The position numbers and the translations under genes are program-made. Positions 1-9,097 of a stretch of DNA of 63,530 nucleotides are shown one piece after another (within the stretch, counting starts at the first letter, position 1; each line of letters opens with the position of its first letter). The notes beneath the pieces are model-generated. The model worked only from the letters and a program-made list of their open reading frames with translations. It did no database searches and was not told where the DNA came from. Source of the DNA: Caldisericota bacterium (GTDB taxonomy: Bacteria > Caldisericota > Caldisericia > Caldisericales > Caldisericaceae); assembly GCA_003650285.1 (NCBI GenBank), contig QMOQ01000001.1:1-63530 (forward strand), written 5' to 3'.

Positions 1-148
1 CACCGCATTCTCCCCTGCCACAGCCTTCTTTTGTCCCGGTTAGATGCATTTTATCTCGTATTACATCAAGAAGTACTACATTGGTAGGAACGCTCAGTTT
101 ATATTCCTTGCCGTTCAGAGTAAAATTAATATCCATTTCCTGCATCAT
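1..148 (-). CDS. (2Fe-2S)-binding small subunit of a molybdenum hydroxylase (xanthine dehydrogenase/CoxS family); N-terminal fragment truncated by the window edge
   Basis: Own reverse translation from ATG 148/145: MMQEMDINFTLNGKEYKLSVPTNVVLLDVIRDKMHLTGTKEGCGRGECG. It contains the C-G-x-G-x-C-G [2Fe-2S] motif. It starts 1 nt after the preA stop. It is absent from the ORF track because it runs off the edge. Confidence 0.6.
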   Translation of the reverse strand, partial: MMQEMDINFTLNGKEYKLSVPTNVVLLDVIRDKMHLTGTKEGCGRGECG

Positions 149-149
149 T

Positions 150-1391
150 TCACCTTTTTTCTACAAAATAATGCACACTATTGTTCCCAACTATTTTTTC
201 ATTCATCTTAATTGCATCCACAGGGCAAACCTGCATACACATTGCGCATCCAACACATTTTTCGTCATCAAAATGAGGCAGTCTCTTTTCGCTATCCCAA
301 TCAATTGCCATATGCCCTCCATCGTAACAAGCTAAATAGCAAAGACCACAACCAACACATTTTTCCTCCACTAATTCAGCACGGGTTTCGGGCGATGGAA
401 GTTCATCCTGGGATTTGATATTTGGCAGCGCTTTCCCAACAACATCCAAAGGAGAATCAAAGCCCATATCAGATAAATAATGAGCAAAACCTCTTTTCAA
501 ATCTTCTATTGTCCTAAATCCGTAATGCATAGGTAATGTACAAAATTGCACATTAGAAGCTCCAACAGCCATAAATTCTATGGCATCTCTCCAATTAAAT
601 GCACCACCATTCCCGGAGATTGTAATGTCCACATTTTTGGCAATTTCTGCAATGGTACGCAAGGTAATAGGTTTTATAGCTGGGCCCGAAAGACCTGAAT
701 ATGTGCCTTTGCCAAAAAGAGAAGGATATGGTTCAAATGTATCTATATCAACACCTAATAAAGACGGGATGGTATTACTCGCAGTAATGCCATCTGCACC
801 GCCTCTTTTTACGGCTTTTGCTACTTCAACAATGTCCGTAACCTGGGGGGTTATTTTAATAAGCACGGGAGTATCCTCTGCTGCCTCTTTTACCCACCGT
901 GCCACTTTCTCCGTTGCCTCAACACTTTGAGCAAGCATTCTCCCTGCTTTTTCACCCATGCTTCCTTGAGGACAACTAAAACTACATTCTATAAGATCAA
1001 CACCAGCTTTTTTCAATCGCCACACAAGTGTCTGCCAATCTTCCTTTTTTGCGCCCATAATAGACGCACCAATCATTTTTTCAGGAAATACTTCTTTTAA
1101 TGTCTTTACCCGCTTTTCAATTTCATCAATCTGATATCCAGAAATAAGATCAATATTCCCCAAACCAATAACTTTTCTGCTCATCGAGCCAAATGAAGAC
1201 ATCATAGGGTATTTAAGCGGAACAGGATTTCCTTCAACAGATGTCGTCTTTAATATTACACCTCCCCAACCTGCTTTTAATCCATTATATGCTATATCAA
1301 ACTCATCCGTAGGAGGCGCTGCGGAAAGAATAAAGGGATTCTCCAGGCGAATGCCTAAAAATTCCATAGAAAGATCTATTTTTTTATACAT
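150..1391 (-). CDS. preA: NAD-dependent dihydropyrimidine dehydrogenase subunit PreA (DHOD-like TIM barrel plus C-terminal 2x[4Fe-4S] ferredoxin domain)
   Basis: 413 aa. The N-terminus LENPFILSAAPPT...GWGGVILKT is typical of the DHODH/DPD family. The C-terminus carries CVGCGLC and CVGCAMC...CP cluster motifs. It overlaps the preT-like partner by 8 nt. Confidence 0.8.
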   Translation of the reverse strand: MYKKIDLSMEFLGIRLENPFILSAAPPTDEFDIAYNGLKAGWGGVILKTTSVEGNPVPLKYPMMSSFGSMSRKVIGLGNIDLISGYQIDEIEKRVKTLKEVFPEKMIGASIMGAKKEDWQTLVWRLKKAGVDLIECSFSCPQGSMGEKAGRMLAQSVEATEKVARWVKEAAEDTPVLIKITPQVTDIVEVAKAVKRGGADGITASNTIPSLLGVDIDTFEPYPSLFGKGTYSGLSGPAIKPITLRTIAEIAKNVDITISGNGGAFNWRDAIEFMAVGASNVQFCTLPMHYGFRTIEDLKRGFAHYLSDMGFDSPLDVVGKALPNIKSQDELPSPETRAELVEEKCVGCGLCYLACYDGGHMAIDWDSEKRLPHFDDEKCVGCAMCMQVCPVDAIKMNEKIVGNNSVHYFVEKR

Positions 1392-2652
1392 TTTTTTCTC
1401 CCTCTAAATACTTCGCAATGTTTTGCGCAGCTTTTTTGCCATCTGCTACACATTCAACAACAGTACTTGCTCCCCTTACAATATCACCTCCAGCAAAAAC
1501 ACCTTTTACATTTGTCATTAAGCCACCATCGACTTTTACTAAACCCTTTGCGTCTCTTTCCACCTTAGGAAAATAAACATCAGCTTTTTGTCCTATGGCA
1601 ATCACCACAGCATCGAGAGGAATTACAAAATCGGAATTTGGAATTGGTACAGGGTGTCTCCTTCCGGATGTATCTTTTTCGCCAAGGTGTGCTCTTGTCA
1701 CAACAAGTCCATCTACCTTTTTATCTCCTTTGATTTCTTTTGGAATTGCAAGGAATTGGAATGTTACACCTACCTCTATTGCTTCTTCAATTTCTTTCTT
1801 AAACGCCTTTAACTCTTTTGTGCCTCTTCTATATATCACCTCGACATCGCGTAATGGATCTTCAATTTTCAAAACACTTGCTACTTCCACTGCTACATTA
1901 CCTCCGCCTATTATTCCTATTCTTTTAAAGTGGGGTAATCTGACACCGGATTTTGCCCGTTTAAGAAGTTCTCGTGAATAGTAAACACCGTCTAAATTAT
2001 TCCCGGGTATATCTAAACCAAGTTCATCTGAAAGACCTGTTGAAATAAAAATTGCGCTGTACTCTTTATTTAATTCTCCCACTGATTTTATTGTGGTATC
2101 TTTTATCTCCGATACAAAATTTTGATGAATGAAGCGAGCTTCTTTTTTTTCTATTTCTTCTGGAAGTCTTGTTACAGATATTTCATTAGCAGGGACTCCT
2201 CCCAACTGTTTCTTTTCAAAAACAACCGGCTGATAGCCAAATCTTCTTAGCTCTCTTGCACAGGCAAGACCCGCGGGACCGCCACCTACAATAGCAATTT
2301 TCTCCTTTGTAGCAGGCACAAGTTCAAGGTTCTCGGAAGGGTCCGTATTATCCGTTATATATCTATGAAGCTCTCTAATTTTAATAGGTGTATCCATTTT
2401 TACCCTTGTGCAAGCACTTTGGCAGAAGCTCTCTTCAGGACAAATTCTGCCACATGTTTCAATAAAGGGATGTGCTTCCTGAATAATTTCTCTTGCCCCT
2501 TTTAGATTATCGGTGCGTATAGATTGAATAAATTCAGCAATAGGAACATGAGCCGGACATGCTGTTTCACAAGGGGCATCATAACAATAAAGACATCGTT
2601 CAGCTTCTATCGCGGCTTGCTCCTTTGAGAATGTTTTTTCGATTTCTTCCAT
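1384..2652 (-). CDS. preT: Dihydropyrimidine dehydrogenase subunit PreT / glutamate-synthase small-subunit-like NAD(P)H oxidoreductase
   Basis: 422 aa. It has N-terminal Fe-S Cys motifs (CLYCYDAPCETACP). It has two Rossmann motifs (VGGGPAGLACA, IIGGGNVAVE). Confidence 0.75.
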   Translation of the reverse strand: MEEIEKTFSKEQAAIEAERCLYCYDAPCETACPAHVPIAEFIQSIRTDNLKGAREIIQEAHPFIETCGRICPEESFCQSACTRVKMDTPIKIRELHRYITDNTDPSENLELVPATKEKIAIVGGGPAGLACARELRRFGYQPVVFEKKQLGGVPANEISVTRLPEEIEKKEARFIHQNFVSEIKDTTIKSVGELNKEYSAIFISTGLSDELGLDIPGNNLDGVYYSRELLKRAKSGVRLPHFKRIGIIGGGNVAVEVASVLKIEDPLRDVEVIYRRGTKELKAFKKEIEEAIEVGVTFQFLAIPKEIKGDKKVDGLVVTRAHLGEKDTSGRRHPVPIPNSDFVIPLDAVVIAIGQKADVYFPKVERDAKGLVKVDGGLMTNVKGVFAGGDIVRGASTVVECVADGKKAAQNIAKYLEGEKNV

Positions 2653-2688
2653 TATACCTTCGCTCCTTTCCGATATTCGTTAAAATTT

Positions 2689-2716
2689 ATTATACCTTCG
2701 TTTAATAAACTGTCAA
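2689..2716 (-). promoter_or_regulatory. Sigma-70-type promoter for preT-preA
   Basis: On the minus strand: TTGACA (2716-2711), 16-nt spacer, TATAAT (2694-2689). An AAAGGAG SD and ATG 2652 follow about 30 nt downstream. Confidence 0.5.
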
Positions 2717-2836
2717 GAAGTTGGTTAAATCATTTGAGCAATATTATCTTCCATTGTACGAGATTGCCTTACCTGTTTCGTAAAGCTTGATATAATATAG
2801 AAAATTAACATAGTATAAAATCTATAGCAAACAATG

Positions 2837-3502
2837 TCATTTATAAGACACGATTATAATGACTTCCCCTTTTACTGAGCGGCTCTCTAATTTATTAAGA
2901 ATATCTAAAGCCCTACCTCTCAATGCTTCCTCATAAATCTTTGTAATTTCACGGGTTATTGCAACATTTACATCGCCTGCACTTTCTATAAGCTCAGAGA
3001 GAAATTGCTTTACCCTGAAGGGGGATTCAAAAAAAATAACAGGGCCGGGAAAATCTTTGAAACCCTGCAAAATTTTTTTCCTTTTCCCTTTTTTCCTTGG
3101 GAGGAATCCATAAAAAATAAAATGAGCTGGAGAAAACCCTGAAAGAAGAAGTGCCGGGACAAAAGAAGTAGGACCAGGCAAAACTTCAACATGTATTCCT
3201 TTATCAATGCAAGCCTTAATAAGCTTATAACCAGGATCAGAAATGCCAGGAGTACCTGCATCTGTCACAAGAGCAATCTCTTTTCCTTTTTCCATTTCTT
3301 CTACAAGTTTTTCTAACTTACGTGCACTGGAATAACTATGGAAGCTTGTAATCGGAGTATGTATGGCGTACTTATTTAATAAAATACGGGTAACCCGCGT
3401 GTCTTCTGAAGCTATAAGATCCACTTTCCTCAACACAAGAATTACCCGTAGCGTAATGTCCTTTAAATTGCCAATTGGCGTAGGACAGACATGCAAACTC
3501 AT
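2837..3502 (-). CDS. rsmI: 16S rRNA (cytidine1402-2'-O)-methyltransferase RsmI
   Basis: 221 aa. The tetrapyrrole-methylase fold N-terminus is present: LHVCPTPIGNLKDITLR...LIASEDTR. Confidence 0.85.
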   Translation of the reverse strand: MSLHVCPTPIGNLKDITLRVILVLRKVDLIASEDTRVTRILLNKYAIHTPITSFHSYSSARKLEKLVEEMEKGKEIALVTDAGTPGISDPGYKLIKACIDKGIHVEVLPGPTSFVPALLLSGFSPAHFIFYGFLPRKKGKRKKILQGFKDFPGPVIFFESPFRVKQFLSELIESAGDVNVAITREITKIYEEALRGRALDILNKLESRSVKGEVIIIVSYK

Positions 3503-5409
3503 TATTTTGTTTCAGATTCGCTGCTCTTGCTTATTTCGATTTCGTCTCCCACCTTAATGTCGTTAAAATTTTTCAACCCTATACCACATTCATATCCCTT
3601 TGCAACTTCTTTTACATCCTTTTTAAATCTTTTCAGGGATGAAATCACTGTATCGTATATAACTGCATTATCACGCAAGACTTTTGCTTTTGCATCCCTT
3701 ACTATCTTTCCCTCACTAATAATACAACCGGCTATCGTGCCAGTACCACTTACCTTAAATACCTGCTTTACAGTAGCTCTGCCAACTACCACTTCTTTAA
3801 CTTCTAGTTTAACCATTCCTTTAAGCAATCGTTCAATATCGTCCATTAATTCAAAGATAACATCATAAGTCATTATTTCTACTTTTCTCGCTTTAGCATC
3901 TTTTTTAGCTTCAGTAGTAGGACGTACGCTAAAACCTAATATGACCGCTTTTGTCGCTTCTGCAAGCAAGATATCGCTCTTAACTATTCCGCCAACGCCT
4001 TCATGAATAATATCAATAGGAACAGGAGATTTAAGTTCTTTTACTGCATGTTTTACTGCTTCAAGCGAGCCTTGAGTGTCAGCTTTAAGAATAACAAAAA
4101 GTTTTTTAAGCTCCTTTTCCTCCATCTCTCTAAATAAATCATCCATAGTTTTTGAAACAGTTTGAGTCTTCATTTGTTGGTTTCTTATTCCAATTTCAAT
4201 CTGTTTTGTTTCCTCTTTTGCGTCTTTAATATTATCTATTACATAAAATATCTCACCCGCCTTCGGCACACTGGGAAGCCCTACAATTCCCACAACAGAA
4301 ACAGCTTTAATTTTTTTGACCATTTTACCTCTAATATCTGTAAGGAATCTCACTCTTCCAACAACATCTCCTACTCTAATATAATTACTTGCTTTTAATG
4401 TACCAGTTTGAACAACTACCGTAGCAAGTGGACCAATATTTTTATGCATTTCTGATTCAATTACAGTGCCTGAGCAAAGAGTAGTGGGGTTTGTTTTAAG
4501 CTCAAGAAGTTCAGCTTGTAAATTAATCATTTCAAGAAGCTCTCCCACACCTTTTCCTGTCTTCGCCGAAACATTAGCATATATTGTCGATCCACCCCAA
4601 TCCTCTGGAAGTAGACCTCTATCTGCAAGTTGTTTTTTTACAGCCTCCGGATCAGCGTTTGGCCTATCGATTTTATTAAGTGCTACAATAATTGGAACAT
4701 CAGCAGCACGAGCATGATCAAGCGACTCTATCGTTTGATCCTTAACACCCTCATCTGCTGCAACAACAAGAATAACAATATCTGTAACTAATGACCCTCT
4801 CAAGCGCATTTCCGTAAATGCCTCATGCCCCGGAGTATCAATAAAGATGATTTCTTTTCCATTTACATTAACAACAGAGGCTCCAATTGCCTGAGTAATC
4901 TTCCCTTTCTCTTGGGCAGCAATAGATGTCTTTCTTATTGTATCAAGCAATGTAGTCTTGCCGTGGTCTACATGCCCCATCACAGTTACAACAGGTGCAC
5001 GAGAACACAATTGCTTTAAAAATTCTTTATCTTTAAACTCTGGAACGTCAAAATTTAACTCAGAAGCAAGATAATGTACTTCAGTTTTTGAGAGCCTTCT
5101 GTCAGGTTTATAAGGAATTCCCAATTTCATAATTCGTTCCTTTACTGTCCTTATCGGGACCTTAAAGCGTTTCGCAAACTCCCCGACATTAATATCCCCA
5201 GATATCTTTTGAGATTTTTTCTCCGTAACTTCCTGTTTTTTGTGCATCTCCTTAACATACTCTTCTGCCAAAAAAATCGCATCAGGCTCCAGTGACGATA
5301 AATGCCCTTTCACATCAACTCCCAATTCCCCTAAAATCTTAATCAATTTAGGAGACTTTATTCCCAGTTTTTTAGCAACTTCATAAACTCTCATTTTATT
5401 TTTGTTCAT
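3502..5409 (-). CDS. infB: Translation initiation factor IF-2
   Basis: The IF2_N motif is present ([12 protein letters not shown]). The G-domain is present ([21 protein letters not shown]). I prefer ATG 5409 ([10 protein letters not shown]), which sits about 9 nt after a GAGGAAGG SD, over the longer track ORF. ATG 5394 is also possible. Confidence 0.95.
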   Translation of the reverse strand: MNKNKMRVYEVAKKLGIKSPKLIKILGELGVDVKGHLSSLEPDAIFLAEEYVKEMHKKQEVTEKKSQKISGDINVGEFAKRFKVPIRTVKERIMKLGIPYKPDRRLSKTEVHYLASELNFDVPEFKDKEFLKQLCSRAPVVTVMGHVDHGKTTLLDTIRKTSIAAQEKGKITQAIGASVVNVNGKEIIFIDTPGHEAFTEMRLRGSLVTDIVILVVAADEGVKDQTIESLDHARAADVPIIVALNKIDRPNADPEAVKKQLADRGLLPEDWGGSTIYANVSAKTGKGVGELLEMINLQAELLELKTNPTTLCSGTVIESEMHKNIGPLATVVVQTGTLKASNYIRVGDVVGRVRFLTDIRGKMVKKIKAVSVVGIVGLPSVPKAGEIFYVIDNIKDAKEETKQIEIGIRNQQMKTQTVSKTMDDLFREMEEKELKKLFVILKADTQGSLEAVKHAVKELKSPVPIDIIHEGVGGIVKSDILLAEATKAVILGFSVRPTTEAKKDAKARKVEIMTYDVIFELMDDIERLLKGMVKLEVKEVVVGRATVKQVFKVSGTGTIAGCIISEGKIVRDAKAKVLRDNAVIYDTVISSLKRFKKDVKEVAKGYECGIGLKNFNDIKVGDEIEISKSSESETK

Positions 5410-6448
5410 TTGCATCACCTTCCTCTGACAATTCAATAAGGTGAATCCTGTACCCAGTAAGATTAGAAGCAAGTTTTACGTTAATACCTCCTCCTCCAAG
5501 TGTTGAAGGATAATTTTTAGAAGACACATAAACATTAGCTTCCTTAGTCTTAGGAATAATTTCAACTCTTTCAACTTTCCCCGGACTTAGTGCATTCTCT
5601 ATATAGACTACAGGATTTGTATTATACCTGATTACATCAATTCTCTCTCTATTCAATTCTCTCGAAACTGCATTAATTCGCACGCCTTTAGTGCCAATAC
5701 ATGCTCCCACAGGATCAACCCGTAAATTTTTTGTAGCAACAGCCATCTTAGCTCTTAAACCAGGCTCTCTTACAATAGCCTTAACTTCAACAATGCCTTG
5801 CTGAACTTCTGGTACTTCCATATTTACGAGTTTTTCCAAAAATTCTGGGCACGCACGAGATAAAATAATTTGAGGCCCTTTAACACTGCTTTTCACCTCT
5901 TTTATTAACGCCTTCACCAATCTGTCTTTTCTTAACTGCTCTCCAGGAATAGCTTCCTCTGAAATTATAACACCCTCAATATTGTGAGGCTCAATACTTA
6001 CACCAATTTCGCCTTTTCCTTTTTTCCTCGTCACCCTTCCTGTGATTACTGTACCTACAAGTCCAGAAAATTCTTCAAATGCAACTTCTCGTTTCTTCTC
6101 AAGTATTTTTTGCTGAAAAACTTGCCGTGCTGTGCGAATTCCCGTCGAGGAAAGTTTATTTGTTGGAATTTCAATAAGAACGGTGCCGCCTATTTCTACA
6201 TTGTCAGTAAATTTCTTTGCCTCTTCATTGCTTATTTCAAGCACTGAATTTTCTACCTGTTCCACAATTGTCTTCTCTGCGTAAATCTTAACACTACCAC
6301 GAGAAAGATCTATTTTAACAACAGAATTCTGCCCATTAAATGTTTTTCTATAAGCAGCTTGCAATGCCGCCTGTATAACTTCCATAATATAATCCTTAGA
6401 AACGCCTTCTTCCTCTTCTATGTTCCTCAATATATCAATATCTATCAT
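5396..6448 (-). CDS. nusA: Transcription termination/antitermination factor NusA
   Basis: 350 aa with NusA N-terminal, S1 and tandem KH regions (ACIGTKGVRI). It sits in the conserved rimP-nusA-infB order. Confidence 0.95.
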   Translation of the reverse strand: MIDIDILRNIEEEEGVSKDYIMEVIQAALQAAYRKTFNGQNSVVKIDLSRGSVKIYAEKTIVEQVENSVLEISNEEAKKFTDNVEIGGTVLIEIPTNKLSSTGIRTARQVFQQKILEKKREVAFEEFSGLVGTVITGRVTRKKGKGEIGVSIEPHNIEGVIISEEAIPGEQLRKDRLVKALIKEVKSSVKGPQIILSRACPEFLEKLVNMEVPEVQQGIVEVKAIVREPGLRAKMAVATKNLRVDPVGACIGTKGVRINAVSRELNRERIDVIRYNTNPVVYIENALSPGKVERVEIIPKTKEANVYVSSKNYPSTLGGGGINVKLASNLTGYRIHLIELSEEGDANEQK

Positions 6449-6897
6449 TTTTTCTCACCTCTCTTTTCCAATAATCTATTATAAAGAGAAATTTTTACCA
6501 CCTTGTCGAATGGCAATTCTAATTTTTCTCCATTTTTCCTAAACACAACATTATCGCCAGAAAATCCTTCAAGTACAGCCTCTTCTTTCATTATATTCTC
6601 TCCGGCCTTGAAAGAAACTTTTACCTCATTCCCAGTAAAAATATCAATTTCTTCCCTTGTTTTCAAAACTCTACTCAACCCAGGTGAAGAAAGTGCAATG
6701 CTGTATGTTCCTTCAAGCCCAACAGAAAAAAGTTCACTTTGAATTTCCCTCGTTACATTTTCCAAATCTTTAATGCCTACGATACCACCCCTTCGATAGA
6801 TAACTGCTTCAATTCTGTCGTGCGAAACCAAACACTCTACCAATATTAATCCGAATCGCTCGGTGCTCCTCTTTACAATTTCATTTATTCTATCCAT
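6445..6897 (-). CDS. rimP: Ribosome maturation factor RimP
   Basis: 150 aa directly upstream of nusA, overlapping it by 4 nt. The size and position are typical of RimP. Confidence 0.9.
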   Translation of the reverse strand: MDRINEIVKRSTERFGLILVECLVSHDRIEAVIYRRGGIVGIKDLENVTREIQSELFSVGLEGTYSIALSSPGLSRVLKTREEIDIFTGNEVKVSFKAGENIMKEEAVLEGFSGDNVVFRKNGEKLELPFDKVVKISLYNRLLEKRGEKK

Positions 6898-6915
6898 AAA
6901 TCCTCTCCATCAAAC

Positions 6916-6942
6916 GAAAAAGTGGGCACATTTATTCCCACT
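6916..6942 (-). terminator. Intrinsic-terminator-like hairpin in the rimP-nusA-infB leader (candidate attenuator)
   Basis: Minus strand: AGTGGG-AATAAATGTG-CCCACT followed by TTTTC. It ends about 20 nt before the GGAGAGG SD and rimP ATG 6897. Confidence 0.45.
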
Positions 6943-7072
6943 TCTCCATATAAAACCTGTAAATATTGTAAAGGAAATTTTAAATTTTGCAAATAGAAAG
7001 TAATTAAAATTTTCTTTAAAATAACCGAACTTTTTAGATATCCACCTGTCTAAAGATAAAAAGGGAGAAAAA

Positions 7073-7990
7073 ATGAATAACTTTGTAAATTTTTTAAAGA
7101 AAAACAAAATTGTTTTGATTCTGCTCATCATCGTGATGATAATAGGAATCGGCGGAGTAAGTTATCTTTTTCTTGCAACAAAAATAATCAGAACTGAAAA
7201 AGCAATGTCCCCACAAAATCAGATAAACGAGTTTCTGTCACCCTATTCGCAAGACACAACCTTTGAAGATGAAGCCGCAAGAGAATCTGGTACCTACTTT
7301 GGTGAAAGCGATACAAATGCTCAGTTTGGCATTAAAATAATCAAGAACGGCAGTACAAGTTTACGAGTAGAAAAAGGAAAATTCTTCGAGGTATGGAATA
7401 ATATCATCTTTACTGCAAAAGGTTTGAATGGTTTTGTTTCAAATTCAAACTATTATAAACAAGATGAACACTATTATGGAACAGTTAGTATAATGATTCC
7501 TTCTAAAGATTTTGATACATTTGCTGAACAAATTTCAAAACTTGGAAAAACAGAAAATATGCGCGTGTCAACCAAGGATGTCACAGGTGAATACGTAGAT
7601 CTTTCATCAAGAATCAAAGTGCTTGAATCACAAAAAAATCTCCTTCTTTCCTGGCTAAGCAAATCAAATGATATAAAAGATATGATTGCCCTGAGAAATG
7701 AACTGGAAAAAGTAGAAAGCGAAATCGAACAAATTAAAGGAAGAATGAATTACATCACATTTCACACAGATTTTTCCGAGATTACAATAAGCATCACAGA
7801 AAACGGGAAAATTCCAGTAGAAAAACCAGAAATACTTCTGCGCCTTATTGCTGCTTGGAAAATAGCATTGAACGCTCTTGTTTCGTCATTGGTTGGATTT
7901 ATAATATTTGTTGGCTGGGTAATTCCATGGGCCATTATCATATACATAATTTATTTAATTTATAAAAAAAGAAAAGGAGGCACGGTATGA
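7073..7990 (+). CDS. DUF4349-like membrane protein (N-terminal TM, coiled-coil, C-terminal TM pair)
   Basis: 305 aa. It has a hydrophobic N-terminal segment (IVLILLIIVMIIGIGG). It has a central coiled-coil region (LESQKNLLLSWL...VESEIEQIKGRM). It has a hydrophobic C-terminus. Confidence 0.6.
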   Translation: MNNFVNFLKKNKIVLILLIIVMIIGIGGVSYLFLATKIIRTEKAMSPQNQINEFLSPYSQDTTFEDEAARESGTYFGESDTNAQFGIKIIKNGSTSLRVEKGKFFEVWNNIIFTAKGLNGFVSNSNYYKQDEHYYGTVSIMIPSKDFDTFAEQISKLGKTENMRVSTKDVTGEYVDLSSRIKVLESQKNLLLSWLSKSNDIKDMIALRNELEKVESEIEQIKGRMNYITFHTDFSEITISITENGKIPVEKPEILLRLIAAWKIALNALVSSLVGFIIFVGWVIPWAIIIYIIYLIYKKRKGGTV

Positions 7991-8730
7991 GTAAAAAATT
8001 TATTGCCGTTTTTATTTTGACTGTACTGGTTTTAAGTACTGTAGTAATTGGTGGAAGCACATTGCCAAAAAGTAGAGTAGCCGCGGAGAACCTAAATGTG
8101 GACGAACATCACCTGATATCTGCAACAGGCATAGGCACTATACAGGCAATACCCGATATCGCGTACGTATCATTCGGAATACAGATAGAAAACAGAGATG
8201 CAAGTGCTGCAATGGAAGAGATGTCTTTACAAGCAAACGCAATTATCAACGCACTGAAAGAAAGAAAGGTAAAAGAAGAGGATATTAAAACAACAGGATT
8301 AAGTCTTGTGCCTGTGTATCGCTGGGATAAAGAAACAGGAAAATCTATTTTAGATTACTACAGAGCAAGTGAGTCTTTCAGAGTAAAATGCACAGTTAAC
8401 AATGCCGGAGCAATTCTCACCTGTGCAGGAGAAAGTGGGGCAAATATAATACATGGAATCTCATTTGACATCTCAAACCGTGAAGAACTAAAACTCGAAG
8501 CAATTAAAAAAGCAATGGATAACGCAAAAGCGCAAGCAGAAATATCGTTAGATGGAACAAGATATGTAGTTACTGGGATAAAAACTATTTCTATCGGTTC
8601 TATTTTTGATCAAACACGAGGTATCGATATGGCATTCGCAGAAAAAGGCGCAGAAAATATAGAAATTCCGGTAGAGGGTGGAATGCTTACAATTCGGGCA
8701 ACCGTACAAGTTATATACACATTTGATTAA
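7987..8730 (+). CDS. SIMPL/DUF541 domain secreted protein
   Basis: 247 aa. A signal-peptide-like N-terminus is present. The SIMPL-type core is present (ISATGIGTIQAIPDIAYVSFGI). An ATGA overlap joins it to the upstream gene. Confidence 0.75.
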   Translation: MSKKFIAVFILTVLVLSTVVIGGSTLPKSRVAAENLNVDEHHLISATGIGTIQAIPDIAYVSFGIQIENRDASAAMEEMSLQANAIINALKERKVKEEDIKTTGLSLVPVYRWDKETGKSILDYYRASESFRVKCTVNNAGAILTCAGESGANIIHGISFDISNREELKLEAIKKAMDNAKAQAEISLDGTRYVVTGIKTISIGSIFDQTRGIDMAFAEKGAENIEIPVEGGMLTIRATVQVIYTFD

Positions 8731-8746
8731 TAAGCGCTAACAAGTG

Positions 8747-8787
8747 ACGGGTATCTTACAAATATTTACCGAATTGAAGATACCTGT
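8747..8787 (+). terminator. Terminator-like hairpin after the SIMPL gene
   Basis: An 11-bp stem ACGGGTATCTT/AAGATACCTGT (one G-U) encloses a 19-nt loop. It begins 17 nt after the stop. The T-tract is weak (TACTTAATTTC). Confidence 0.35.
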
Positions 8788-8898
8788 TACTTAATTTCAC
8801 ACAAAGAGCTTAATAAATTTAGCAAACCAAAATATACAACCCAGGCAATACAACTTTTTTAAAATTAATAAAAACCATTTTTTTCTTGAGCAATTAAT

Positions 8899-8926
8899 TT
8901 GACAAAACTTGAAATATGCATATAAT
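8899..8926 (+). promoter_or_regulatory. Consensus sigma-70 promoter
   Basis: TTGACA (8899-8904), 16-nt spacer, TATAAT (8921-8926). Both hexamers are perfect. Confidence 0.6.
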
Positions 8927-8930
8927 TCTC

Positions 8931-9036
8931 GCGGAGTTGTGCCCTGGCCCTGTCCTGCATCTCTGACCAAAAACTTTTGCATCTCTCCAAGATTCGAGAG
9001 ATTAAAAGGCGAGAGGGGAAGGGTTGGGGCTCTTTG
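8931..9036 (+). ncRNA. Unassigned GC-rich structured RNA element (candidate cis-regulatory leader or small RNA)
   Basis: It starts at the predicted TSS. A long-range helix pairs 8941-8956 with 9015-9030 (10 WC + 5 G-U, 1 mismatch). That helix encloses a 7-bp hairpin 8981-8987/8996-9002. The element is a GC spike in an AT-rich spacer. Confidence 0.4.
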
Positions 9037-9097
9037 ACTTATCACAGAATAACAATAAAATAGGACAGCCAATAAATTTCCGCATGAAAGGATAAAT

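Noticed and set aside
2651-2700. 12-nt direct repeat ATTATACCTTCG (2651-2662 and 2689-2700) in the preT upstream region
   Set aside because: One copy is the -10 box context and the other is the SD/start-codon context (CGAAGGTATAAT[G]). It is short, AT-rich and most simply a coincidence.
9008-9030. G-run cluster (GG..GGGG..GGG..GGGG) as a potential RNA G-quadruplex
   Set aside because: The same G-runs are fully accounted for by pairing with the C/U-rich strand at 8941-8956. There is no independent support for a quadruplex.
8797-9072. 91-aa minus-strand ORF filling the large intergenic gap
   Set aside because: It has a TTG start and no SD, and its composition is not protein-like. It runs antisense through a perfect plus-strand promoter and the GC-rich RNA element. 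The ORF is better explained as a by-product of that element.
9084-9095. Three-codon uORF (ATG AAA GGA TAA) overlapping the methyltransferase SD
   Set aside because: It has no SD of its own and is too short to evaluate. I mention it only as part of the leader.
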